Position numbers and translations under genes: made by a program
Notes under the pieces: generated by a model
Databases searched by the model: none
Seen by the model: only the letters and a program-made list of their open reading frames with translations
What the model was told of the DNA's origin: nothing
Source: Schmidtea polychroa
Taxonomy: Eukaryota
Direction: 5' to 3'
Length of the DNA stretch: 64,000 bases
NCBI GenBank assembly: GCA_044892525.1
Contig: CM097885.1
Location: 3,350,001 to 3,414,000 of the forward strand
Shown here: positions 15,300-27,063 of the stretch, piece after piece
Layout of the letters: every line of letters starts with the position of its first letter
Numbering within the stretch: position 1 is the stretch's first letter

Positions 15300-16480
15300 T
15301 GACAATTGTGAATTGTGACAGTGTGAATTGATTTGCCAAGTTTGAAAATTGAAATTTTCAAAAATTCAATTTAATTTCGCACAATATTAGTTTGGTTGTT
15401 ATTGTAATTTGTTGAAATTTCTTTTGATGGTCAAATAGTTGGGAATTGTGTTGAGATTTTCAATGTGGAAATCGAAAAAACTCCCACGTAAGTATTTAAT
15501 GGTTTTCCCTCCTCTTCCTCGTGATAACATTCCAAAATTGTCCCTCAAAGATTATGTCAAAGTCGTCGAAGTATTCGATTTGCTTTAAATGTAAACCTTT
15601 ACCATTCTGTTCTAATATATTTAATAGTTTTTAATTTCGTTTTCTCTAAGTTTATCTGAAATATTGAATGTTCCTAAATTGGGTTTGATATTATGGTGAT
15701 GTCGAGCTTATTTGTTTTCAGTGACCTGCTTGTTTCCGACCCTTCAATAACTTTCTATGTACCCTAATGATTGAAAGAGATGTAAAAGGATTACCCGTGG
15801 AAAGTCACGATCAATTATTGGACCGTAAAGGTTAAATATGAAATTCATACCAAAATCTTTAATTGCCAGCTCTGTTTGTAATTACTAATTGTATTTTTAA
15901 TCGCGCCTTTCTTTCGGAAATCCAGTTTTTTCGTTGTAGGGAAATGCATGAAGGAATTCGGGTCAAGGGAGAAAATATCTATTTCGTCGCTTTGTGGCAA
16001 ACCCGGCATAAAATGCATTTCATTCTCCGAAGTCTCATTTGTATTGCTCTCATCAAGCTGCGTTCGCTCATTCGATTTTCCGAGATTCATTCTCTGTAAA
16101 TGCTGAAGAAATTCCCTGAAATTATTTCTCATTCTCCTTCATTTCATACTTGAAAAGATGATTCAAAATCTTTATATTGTTTGATAAGATTAAAAATCTG
16201 ATTTTGAGAATAGGTCAATTTGTTAGTAATACTGTTCAAGGAATGTAGAGATGGAATCTCGCCAGTTCGCTTTGATGAATTATTTTGGCTCGTTTGTACC
16301 TTTAGGTCCCTTGGATTGTCTATTTTTAACTGACTAGAGTAGTCCATAAACTCTTTAAGCTTTTTCCCATTGACTTTCATGTTGCTGAAAACCAATATCA
16401 AACAATAGGAAACATTTAGCAAGAATTACTTATCAAAGTTTTCCAGGGAGATCCTAATTGACTCGTGAACCTTGTTCGAC
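15300..16480 (-). CDS. Probable host gene exons, product unknown
   Basis: ORFs 16144-16422 and 15845-16132 with minus-strand donor and acceptor signals (TTTTCAG|, CAA|GTATGA, TTG|GTATGA); limits approximate. Confidence 0.35.
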
Positions 16481-17243
16481 ATATAATTAGACATTATTAA
16501 ACATAAATATTATATTAAATCACTTATTAATATTAAAAAAATCTATAAAATATTATGATAAAAAGATGCGAGGTATATCTCTGTATTTACCAAGAGGCAA
16601 AAATTACAGTACGTTAGGTCATAAATTAAGCTAAGGAATAAGATATAATTAATTTATACACCCAAGTGCTATAAGTGTATAAATTTTAGTGGGAATGATA
16701 AGTAGTACAATGTAATTGAATCCTTTATTTATTTTTTTTTAAATTTAATTTTTATTTAATTACTTCTATTTAATTTTGTTAATTTTATTAATTAATTATT
16801 TTATTAATATTTTACTTTAATTACTTACGTTATTTAATTGATTTTTTTAAATTAATTTTTAATTAATTTTTTATTTTATTTATTTATTTTTTATTTTATT
16901 ATTATTATTATTTTTTTTATTGTTATTATTATTTTTTTTATTGTTATTATTATTTTACATTTATATTTAATATATTCTAACAAGAGTGTAAATTGTAACA
17001 ATAATATTTCAATTTGAATAAAATTTTAATTATTAATTATTAGAATTATTATAAAATGACGCTCTGTTAATTTAAAATATAATGGGCATTAAGTTTTCAG
17101 AAAACAACAATGTTTTTCGTGAAAAATAATAATTCTTACTTAAAACTAATCATCTAAATTAATTGGACAAATGAATTATTAAAAGATAAAACACATTTAA
17201 CTAAGTCAAATTATTCACAATATATTTTATTATTCACATAAAT

Positions 17244-17984
17244 TTAATTGTTAAAGTGATTGTTTCGATTTGCATTCATTTCTAGACAGCATTTGACAAA
17301 TCTTATTGTGACCGTAGGCATAACTTTCATTACAATTGAACCAATACCTTTTATCGTCCAAACATTGGAGAACTCGTTTTCTGTCATGAAAGTATACAAC
17401 TGATGATTGACACTTTGTTTAAAATCAAGATACATAAGATCAATTTTATTGTCATCAACATGTCCAGCTACAAAGCCACTGGGATCAGTTCTGAATAATA
17501 ACGGTTTGTCCATTTCAATATCATAAGATAATGCTATCATTGAACAACATAATGGTCGCATCTCAGCCGATTGGGTGTAAAGCTGATTAATATCCGCAAT
17601 ACAACGACATATTATGTCACAAAGCATTTCATATACATTTTTATATTTAAATCGAGCTGCTTCCATTTGTACACGACATACTTGAGATCGACAATCAGGG
17701 ATCATACCAGTCATAACACCTCCAGTACTTTTAGTAATATTAAACAATCTTGTAGCTGAACTCTTCTCAATCATTTTATCTGGAACTACATCACAATTAT
17801 TGTCTCGAATACCAACGGAAAGCAATCCACCAAATAAATTTGATATTAGTTGGCCAAAAACACCATTTACGTTATCAAGATCTCTTGGGGTCATAAAAAA
17901 GGAACAATCAGTTTCGTTTGTAGTATTTCCCATTTCCATTGAGTTATCAGATTCAAAAGAACATTTGGTATTTCCCTTTTCCAT
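17244..17984 (-). CDS. Chimeric intronless ORF containing an internal fragment of 20S proteasome subunit alpha type-6
   Basis: GGLLSVGIR..VPDKMIEKSSATRLFNITKSTGGVMTGMIPDCRSQV..EAARFKYK..IADINQLYTQSAEMRPL..TDPSG matches the PSMA6 core; flanking residues unrelated. Confidence 0.8.
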   Translation of the reverse strand: MEKGNTKCSFESDNSMEMGNTTNETDCSFFMTPRDLDNVNGVFGQLISNLFGGLLSVGIRDNNCDVVPDKMIEKSSATRLFNITKSTGGVMTGMIPDCRSQVCRVQMEAARFKYKNVYEMLCDIICRCIADINQLYTQSAEMRPLCCSMIALSYDIEMDKPLLFRTDPSGFVAGHVDDNKIDLMYLDFKQSVNHQLYTFMTENEFSNVWTIKGIGSIVMKVMPTVTIRFVKCCLEMNANRNNHFNN

Positions 17985-18450
17985 TGAGTTATCAGATTCA
18001 AAAGAACATAAATTTCTTCATTATTTTTTTCATAATTTCTTCATAAATTTCTTCATTAAAAGCAGCCATTTTTTATCAGAAGAAAACCATTATTCAAAAC
18101 TTAAAGCGCTCAGTAAAACACAAAACACTATTCCGTCAAAAAACCCCAAAAACAAATCGACACCAATTCTCTTGCTTGCGTCTGTGTGCGCACACAAATC
18201 TATCCAACAAAGTAAAAAGCGCACACAGACGCGAGATAAACTAATATGACAAAAAATGACACTGCTCGCGTCTGTGTGCGCATACAAACCCATCTCATAA
18301 TACAACGCGCACACAGACGCGAATTAATCTCCTAATTCAGCACACTTCCTATTCTCTATCGTGTGATGCTCACTATTCCACCATCAGTATACACTTTTTA
18401 TGGGCTTCATGGGTGATATTAGAATTTGTAAGATTTATTCCTTTGGCCTA

Positions 18451-19019
18451 TAGACAACAAGCACTTCCAAAAACATGAGCCGATTGCATCTGAATATGTG
18501 TTTCTTCGTCAATGTCATTCGATTCGAAATGATACATTTTTGGGAAAAACTGTATCATTCAGTTTCTACATTCAGTTTCTACAGACATAGTTTATCCGTG
18601 GGAATAGCAGGAAGAATTTACGAACCAAACTCATTGCTACCTTTGTAAAAAGATTATCAATATATCTGTTCGAGATCATCATCATTTTACTGGTCAATAT
18701 CTCGGAGCAGCATGTAATTTGGCTAGAAGAATCAATCAGTCTTTACCTCTTGTATTTCATAATCTTCGTGGATATGACATTCATCATATATTAAAATATG
18801 CAATTGGAAAATTCCCAGATTGGAATGTAAATGTTATTCCACAATCAACAGAAAAGTTTCTCACACTTATAGCGACATCGAAAGGCAGAAGAATTAGATT
18901 CATTGATTCTTTACAATTTTTAAATAGCAGTTTGGCAAATTTATCAAAAAACTTACCAAGTCTTCCACTGACCTCAGATGTTTTTGAATCACAGATGATG
19001 ACTAAAACCATTTTTCCAT
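18451..19019 (+). pseudogene. Solo fragment of Polinton pPolB from the same family as element B, with deletions
   Basis: Near-identical to 44283-44554 joined to 62575-62935; FHNLRGYD and FIDSLQFLNSSL motifs. Confidence 0.92.
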
Positions 19020-19427
19020 AAAACATAATAAAATAATTAATTATTAATATCAAAAAATTAAAATAAATTATTCAAGTGATCAATATTTGATCTGGACATT
19101 GGGATGACCTTCAAGTGTCCTAGAGTCCTTACACCCTACTTCTAAGATAAAATACAAACACACATACACTACACACATACAACAATGAGCAATGAATAAG
19201 TAGCAATCAATTGCACTGATAGACAGATTTTATTTATTTAATTTTTAAGATATTTAATTATTGCGCGAGACACTGTTGCGTAACAGTGTTTGGACGAGGA
19301 AAAAATTATGTAATTAATCTCGTCAATATGTTACGTCGCGGTAATTTAGACTGCGATATTAATGTCTCTTTTTAATAAGCAGTGTGCGTCTTTTTTCATA
19401 GTTATTATTCAACAAGCTATCGCGGCG

Positions 19428-19830
19428 ATGGATTTTCAAACATTTATAAAGCCCTATGATGGAATAAGTGAATTCTCGATATGGTTGAAAAAATTGGTAG
19501 CTACTCTGCAGAAAATAGAAGATATATCACTTGTGCTACCGTTGCGGTTAGAGGGGACTGATTTCTTGGTCTAGGATCATCTGACGGAAAAAGATAAGCG
19601 TTGTTGCAACAAATTCAAAAAGGAGCTGCTAGACACATTTTCACGGTTTTCAAGCCTATGGCAAATTGACTACACTGGCTGGTATCGAAGAAGATAATCT
19701 GCTCAAGAAAGCATTTGTTGCAGGTGCGAGTGGCGAAACCAAGGACGTCATGTCTGTATATGGTTGTAGAGTGCCTTGCGAAGGAGAGTCATTGCAGAAT
19801 ATCCGTGCGAGCATCATGTATCATTTTCAA
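19428..19830 (+). pseudogene. Degenerate Ty3/Gypsy-like gag fragment
   Basis: IKPYDGISEFSIWLKKL..LQKIEDISLVLPLRLEG pattern, with stops and frameshifts. Confidence 0.5.
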
Positions 19831-20779
19831 TTGTTTAACAATGAAAAATCTGGTAGCAGGAGTCGACGTTATTCTGTATTTCGTTGCAATAGGACTTCTT
19901 GGAGGAGTTCGGATCAATAATGAAGGAATAAAAATTTGGTGGATGTTTGCAAGGTATGGGAATTGACGAAGAAAAATAAATTTGATGATGAAATCAGCAG
20001 AATTTGCAATACAATATTTATAAAATGTTTGTTTATCTACATCAAATGCAAATTATAAATATTGAAATTGTAAACGTCAGAGGAAATAATTAATATAATA
20101 AGTATGATTTATGATTTATGTTGTAAAATGTTGAAATATTTTGATAAATTTAGATAAAATGTTTGCAAGCGTATGGGAAATGATAAAGAGAAATAAATTT
20201 TAATTTCAAAATGAAATCAGCAGTGAGAACATGCAACAAGCAGCCAATAAGATGCGAAATGAATGAGGGAGTGAAAGTGGAAATGAAAGTCCATTTCTAT
20301 GAGAACACTGAAGGCCATTGCAAATTATTGATTTTGCAAGCAATGAGAGATGCGAATATGAAATTGCGTACCTAAATTATCAATTTGAAATGAGAAATCA
20401 CGCAAGTCAAATTTTATCTGTAATTAATTTAAAACAACACTTCCAAAAATACCAAAAAATATCAAAGCAGAAGATCGAAAGAGAAAACGAAAATATTTTG
20501 CCTTACGTCTATATATTTAAACATTTAATTTATTTAAAGAAATACCAAAAAAACATTTGTTTAAATAAATAAAAGTAAAGTTGAAGAAGCCTTTCATCAT
20601 GCAATCTTGTTATCGAATAAAATATTAAATCTCGATTTATTTTTATTCCCTACGATGGTGTCAGCTTTACACTAGTATGCCGTCAGAACTTATTGACCTT
20701 GAAACGGCGTCCTCATTACACAATAACAACGAAGCCCAGAAATATCAGAAATAACAACAGATTCAACAATCAACTTACA

Positions 20780-21382
20780 ACTGAATTTTGCAGGGTTTTG
20801 GTATCTGTTCTGAGAAAATTCAAAACCACCAGCAAAATTGATTCGGAAAAATCAAAGGCGGGTAGAAAGAAAGTACTGAGCCTTCCTGCAATTTCATTAA
20901 TTAAAGAAAAGATAGGTGAGGATGTTTCGATAACTTTAAGACAGCGCTGGAGCACGATTTAAATATTTCGGCGTCGGTTTCATCAATATTTAGAGCTATC
21001 GATAATTTTTCATATACTTTTAAAAGACTCTCCTTGATTCCCGAAGCAAGAAACAACACTGCGAATATTGCAAGAAGAAAGGAGTATGCCTCACAGTTTA
21101 TGCTTTTAAGCATTGATAACGTGGTCAGGAGTAAGATCTTTAATTGAAAAATCTGGTCATTCTTTAATTTTTCTTCCTCCTTATAGTCCCCAACTAAATC
21201 CGATTGAAGAGCTATTTTAAGTATGGAAGGGGCTAATTAAGGCGAGAAATTGTATGTCTGTTGAAGAGTTATATGACTCCATTAGAACTGTCCATGATGA
21301 AATATCGGCAAGAAATTGCATTTCTTATTATGATCATATGCTTTCTTTTATCGCCAAGGCATTAAGAGAGGAAGATTTTTAA
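20780..21382 (+). pseudogene. Internally deleted Tc1/IS630-family transposase
   Basis: HTH region with AGRKKVLS, then FSYTFKRLSLIPEARN, then C-terminal FLPPYSPQLNPIEELF. Confidence 0.85.
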
Positions 21383-21599
21383 TTAAAAAAATATAGTCTT
21401 ATATTCTTGATTATTTACGAATTTTTTTTTGCTTCACATTGATTCCGAAAATATGATTTAATATTTCGAAATAGGATTAAATATTTTGAAAAGAGGATTA
21501 AATATTTTGAAAAACCTTGTAATAATAATAAAATATAGATTTTATTATTCTCATAATTTTCCGATTATCACCTTTCTGTGGGGTAGCTCGCACACGACA

Positions 21600-21900
21600 C
21601 TAGAAGCGCTATTATACGAAGTGTGAAGTCTGAAACGTCCAAATTCATTGGCGTTTATAGACTTGAGAAAAGCATTAAACGATCCGATATTCAGAGCTTT
21701 ACAAAAGTTACCCAGGCTTACTAGTAAACTACATCAAGAATTGCTATGAGGGGACCTCATCGCAAATTGGCTCTATAACAGCAATAATGAACCTCGGAGT
21801 AAAACAGCGCGATCCACTCTCATCAATTCTGTTCAACAATATTGTAGAACAAGCAATTGGCGAGGTAGAGAAAATTGTTATGGGATACCATCTTTCCGTC
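21600..21900 (+). pseudogene. Non-LTR retrotransposon reverse transcriptase fragment
   Basis: LAFIDLRKA and GVKQRDPLSSILFNNIV (the GVxQGDPLS motif). Confidence 0.75.
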
Positions 21901-24730
21901 CAGAAGAATTATTTCTCCTAATATTAATAACAGTAATTCTCATCAAAATAAATCAGAAAAATATCAGTTAATTAATTAGAGTTTTGAATCAGTTGATTAA
22001 ATTAATTCCAAAAAATATGGACGGTTTTCAGGACTATGATAAATTTTGAATTAGGTCATGGAACGGGGGGATCGGATGGACGTCTTACTCGCAGATCTAA
22101 ATCAATTGGTCACACTGGATGGCATTGAAGAAGATAATAAAAACTTGTTATGCATCGCTTTTTATCATTTCTTTTGTAAGCTATTGTAAAATCATTTAAC
22201 AATATTTCAATAATAAATTTTCATATTTGTGAAAAACGCGATGGGTCAAAGCTGGGGATTCTATTTGAGCCGCTATGGCAGTTCTTGCCAAAATTTTTTG
22301 ATAGTAATTTCTTTATTATTATAGCAAATATTTTCAATAATAATTTTGTAATTTAATTTATTGTTTTTAAGGGAAACCCATGCAATCTTTGATAAGCTTT
22401 CAAATAATGGAAGACGTTGTATAGAAACTCCAAAACATCGTTTAAATTATTAAAACATCGAATTAAAAATCGAAATTAAAAGATATTAGAAAATTTGAAG
22501 CCGAAAACCAAAGATTTCTAATTGAAATTCTTGCCCCTGTTGACAACAGCAACAAGCCATCAATATACAAATGCGAAGGGTGTGTTGAATACTTAGAGGA
22601 AATAGAACATATGGCTATTACTCACTATTAACTCACTTTTCCTCAATTGTAGATTTAGAGTCGAAAGACATAATACGTTAATCAATGAGCGAAGAGTGGA
22701 CAAACAAGACAACCAAGCGATGGTTCTGGATGACAACGACAATATTTACAGTAGAAATTATGAGAAGGCACGTAAGTACCAAGTGGATGATATCTCACAA
22801 TGAATTAAAAATAAAGGAGCATGAGGTAGGTTTTGGAGCAGTCACTCTTCCCAAAAAAATTGATAACGTCTATGAGATCGCTTGTGTTGCCACCATGCGT
22901 TGACGAATTAAAAAAGAACAGGAAAGATTGACTGCATGCATGATCAACGAGGATCTATTGGGGAAATATGCGAAGACTGTTAAAAAAGCATAAGGAAGAA
23001 CTCTTTTTATAAATTTTTTGATGCTTTTATAAGCTAAAAAATCTTTTTGATGATATTTATAAAATATTTTAATTATATATCAAGATTATAATCAAGATGG
23101 AAGAAATGTTCCAAAAATAAAGAATAGACTTTCATATTGTGATCCTGAATTATTAGCTTATAGAATCAAGAAATCAACAGGAATCAATATAGAGGAAATT
23201 ATACGAATGCATTACGAATCTGTGCTGGAATCAAGATAGAAGAAATGTTCCCAATTATAAAGAATCGACTTTCATTATATTTGGAAGGTGGAAAAATAAA
23301 AATTAATAATATATCTAATAATGTAAAACCCTTAATTGACACATTTTTCGATGAGGGAATTGGAGCTTTATGAAGTAGTTGGATTGGAAAAAATAACCGA
23401 AATATGAGAAATAGTGGTACCTACAGACCAAAGCGAGGTTTCAGGAATGTCGTAACCACAACGAGAAATAGGGCTACCTGTGGATCAAGATGCGAGAAAC
23501 CTAAAGGATGAATTTCTGATAAAGTCGCGAGCAGAAACTGAAATTTCTAAGGACAATGGTGAGGTTCAAAAAGAATAACCATTTAGACTTTGCAAACTTT
23601 CCAAAAATATAGAACGGAATGCATTCTCACTTAAGCTGATCTAAAATAATAGAGGATATGTTCCTGAAAAGAGAACACAGAAAACGTCCTGAAGTAGTCA
23701 AAAAAGCGGTGAAAAAAGCATTAAGAAAAGAGCATTATGGTGTACTTCAGAGTCTCTATAAAACTGATCGAAAAGAACGATTATCAGGAAGCCAAATAAG
23801 AACCTTAGGCATATAATGAATTGTTGCATGCGATAGTTTGATGACGAGTCGCATCTCCAACAATGCAGTCAAGATAAAAGGTAATTTGTATTATCCCTGC
23901 GAAGAAACCTACCGTAAACCGAATCTAACTGCATAAATAACTCGAAATCATCAGCAACTACAAAAACCTATTTAAATAAAATTTTAAAAAATAAGTTAAA
24001 AATTAAATATTACTTAAAATGCTTCATTAAGATTATTTTGTAATTAATTGATTAATAAAACAAATTAAAAATAAAATTTATAAATAAAATTTGAAATTTG
24101 GAAATGTTTAGTTTTATTAATAAATTTTTTAGAGTTTTAAATTTTAATATAAATTTTAATATTTATTTCACATTCAGAATTTTACCAAGGGAAATATTTA
24201 CTATTCGAAATATTTTATTAAAACTTTAACAATTTATTAACAATTTTTATGTAATTTTATATATAAATTTGCGGATTTTTTATATGTTTTTCTGATATTT
24301 AATTATAATTTTCTTTTGTAAAATAAATGATTTGTGAATAAGATAAACTTTGTCAATTGTTGCTTCTGATTGATGATAAATTGAGAATAGAGAACTGGAA
24401 CCTTGGCTATACCCTTCTGTAATTCATTAGGAAATTCACTCACTACCTTTCTGTTTTTTAAAATTAATTGCAAAAATGTTAATCGAGATATTTAGAATTT
24501 CAAATATTATAATTATATGTTTGTAAAATATTTATTGAAAATATTTATTGAAAATAATAATTATTTCCATACCGTGAAAACCAGGTGGATACTAAAGCTT
24601 GTGCGACCGTGTGAGCGGTGATGTCACGGACAGGAAAGGCTTCAAACCATCGTGTTTTCCGATCAATCGTTGTCAGGAAGTAGTAGGATGTGTCACCACT
24701 GGCACATCCTCCCAGGGGGGATAAAAAAAT

Positions 24731-24985
24731 TTTTTCAAGGTCAAATTTTAAACAAAGACATATGACTCATCAAGGTCATTGAAACAAAGACAATGACTCA
24801 TTCGAGGTCACTGGGTGACTCATCAAGGTCATTGAAACAAAGACCATGGCTCATCAAAGTCATGGGTGACTCTTTAAGGTCAAGGTCATATTTTAAAGGA
24901 CAAGGTTATATTTTTAAGGTCAAGGCCATATATTTTAAGGTCAAGATCATATTTTTAAGGTCAAGGTCATATTTTAAGGTCAAAC
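24731..24985 (+). promoter_or_regulatory. Subterminal motif array: TGACTCA (AP-1-like), TCAAGGTCA (NR5A/Ftz-F1-like), AACAAAG (HMG-box-like)
   Basis: Multiple exact motif copies; function inferred. Confidence 0.5.
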
Positions 24986-25131
24986 CTTCACCCAAGGGTA
25001 TTATTCGAAAGGTATTTACGGACCAAGCGTCCGAAGTGGGAAACATGAAATGGGTCAGACTACTATAAAAACATAAAAATTTTAAATCTTAATCTTGATG
25101 GCTTGAAAAATAAAAAAATTTATGAAATAGT

Positions 25132-25199
25132 AAAACTGCTCTGAGAGGACAGTGGTATTTGTTTGTTTTTTTTTCACTGTCCTCTCAACAGTTTTTTTT
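25132..25199. other. Stem-loop followed by a T-tract
   Basis: TGAGAGGACAGTG (25142-25154) pairs perfectly with CACTGTCCTCTCA (25175-25187). Confidence 0.7.
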
Positions 25200-25360
25200 G
25201 ATCCGGATCATTTCAACCTCTTTCGTTTATAAAATCTCTTCCAATATACAAGCTGGCCAGACTCATACATCAGAATCAATTCGATAATAGCAGCTTCTCG
25301 GTTTTAAGCGTGCTGCTCGAAAGTACAAATGAATTCGAAAGCGAATCCGAAAGAGGTCCG

Positions 25361-25453
25361 AAAACAACTGAGAAATAAATGTGCACATTATGGGATCGAT
25401 CCGGGGTGTGTTCGAAAGACTGGTGGCGATAATTACCGGTTCGCCACCACACC
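25361..25453 (-). ncRNA. Putative Pol III (type-2 promoter) structured RNA 2
   Basis: A box TGGCGAACCGG and B box GGATCGATCCC starting 44 nt apart (tRNA positions 8 and 52); stem TGGTGGCGA/TCGCCACCA; T4 at 25364-25361. Confidence 0.55.
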
Positions 25454-25590
25454 CGTTTCAATAATTTTTTTTTCATATTTATGTTTAAAAATTAATTAAT
25501 TAATAAAAAAATAAAATATACAAGATACCCACACTATTTTCAAAATTATTTTCAAAATTATTTTCAAATTTTTAATATTATTTTATGTTG

Positions 25591-25672
25591 AAAAAAAATA
25601 ATGTCATTTGGGATTTGAACCACTATCCATTTGAACCACTGTGCCAGTCTATTCCCACTGCGCTATTAGGGT
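25591..25672 (-). ncRNA. Putative Pol III (type-2 promoter) RNA 1; tRNA-like promoter but no cloverleaf
   Basis: Consensus A box TAGCGCAGTGG and B box GGTTCAAATCC starting 44 nt apart, then a T8 terminator. Confidence 0.65.
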
Positions 25673-25776
25673 TCGGATTTTTGTCATTTTTTAAAATTTT
25701 ATATTTATAAAATTCTAAAAATTTTAAATCTTAAAAACTAGCAAGCTGCGCAATTGCTAATTTAGTAATATAAAAA

Positions 25777-27048
25777 ATGAATAATAAAAATAAATTAAAT
25801 CTTGATTACAATAAAGAATTTATGCATGAAATTAAAAAAATTGATATTTTAAAAATCTCTCCAACCTCGGGATCTATTGCAAACTTAAATCGTAGAGGTG
25901 ATATAGTTTTTCAATCTCTTCAAACATCAAATCCTATAGATGTTTGTAATGCAAAATTATATTACAAAATTGAATTAGAAATTGAAGCTAATAAAAATAT
26001 AACCTTGGAAAACAATTTCTTTCCAAACTTATTCAGTAACATGAGATTAAAACTAGGATCATCAGAAATTGAAACTGTTTTACATCCAGGAGTATATTCT
26101 ACAATGTTAAATTTTATTTTAACTGGTTGTGATTATAAAAATGAATATGGTGAATTAACAGGTTGGATTCCTGATGTTAATAAAGGGGATTTAGATAAAG
26201 ATGGTTTAGATGTAAATTTTGGATACTATAAAAGAGTTGAACTTTATAAATCTAAAAAATTTGAAGGTTATTTTGAATTAAAACACTTATTTGGATTCCT
26301 TCAAAACTATAACCGTATACTTCATAATGTTTTTATAGAATTAACCTGTAATAGAATAGAAGGTGATAAAAGATTGTTCTATGGAGGTGTAGATACAAAA
26401 GCTAAATTAAAATTATCAACACTTGAATTACATATACCTGAATGGACTTTAAATCCTCAATCTGAAATTAAACTCCTTGAAAGATTAAATTCCAACAAAT
26501 CTATAAATGTAAATTATTTAAATAGAGTCTGTAGTGAATTTAGTATGACAGAGGGTTCAACATATTCTAAAAAGGTAGCAAATTTAGCATACCGACCGAG
26601 ATATATCTTTATTGGATTCAAAGAAGTAGATTTATCATTCCATAAAAATAACAACTTGTTTATTCAAAAGATTGGAGATGATAATTTAAAATCAATACAA
26701 ATTCAATTAAATAGTTCTTATTATCCAATAAATAGAATGGAATTTAATATTGAAAATAATGAAAACATATTCCCATATCTAAATTATATTGAAACATGTT
26801 ATGATTTTAAAGTTGAACCGCAATTAAGTTTAGAAGATTTCAAAAATTTATATTCTATATTTTGTATAAATGTATCAGATCAAGATGATCGTCTACCTAT
26901 AAATAATGTTGATGTTACACTTCATATAACAAAGGATTCTAATTTTAAAGCTAAAGTATATACATTAATATTAGAAGAAAAGAAAATAGAAATGAAATTA
27001 TATGGTGGAAAGATTTCAATTATTGAAAATGTACAAGGAGATTCATAG
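25777..27048 (+). CDS. Major capsid protein (double jelly-roll), element D
   Basis: 423 aa; LENNFFPNLFS..LKLGSSEIETVLHPGVYSTM, RPRYIFIGF, LNSSYYP and YSIFCIN motifs; gene context. Confidence 0.8.
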   Translation: MNNKNKLNLDYNKEFMHEIKKIDILKISPTSGSIANLNRRGDIVFQSLQTSNPIDVCNAKLYYKIELEIEANKNITLENNFFPNLFSNMRLKLGSSEIETVLHPGVYSTMLNFILTGCDYKNEYGELTGWIPDVNKGDLDKDGLDVNFGYYKRVELYKSKKFEGYFELKHLFGFLQNYNRILHNVFIELTCNRIEGDKRLFYGGVDTKAKLKLSTLELHIPEWTLNPQSEIKLLERLNSNKSINVNYLNRVCSEFSMTEGSTYSKKVANLAYRPRYIFIGFKEVDLSFHKNNNLFIQKIGDDNLKSIQIQLNSSYYPINRMEFNIENNENIFPYLNYIETCYDFKVEPQLSLEDFKNLYSIFCINVSDQDDRLPINNVDVTLHITKDSNFKAKVYTLILEEKKIEMKLYGGKISIIENVQGDS

Positions 27049-27063
27049 TTTTTAACTTTTAAA

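Noticed and set aside
22500..23900. Possible R2-like retroelement N-terminal remnant
   Set aside because: Only a lone CxxC and broken frames; not enough to assign
25591..25672. Canonical tRNA gene
   Set aside because: A and B boxes are present but acceptor and T stems do not pair; kept as a Pol III ncRNA candidate
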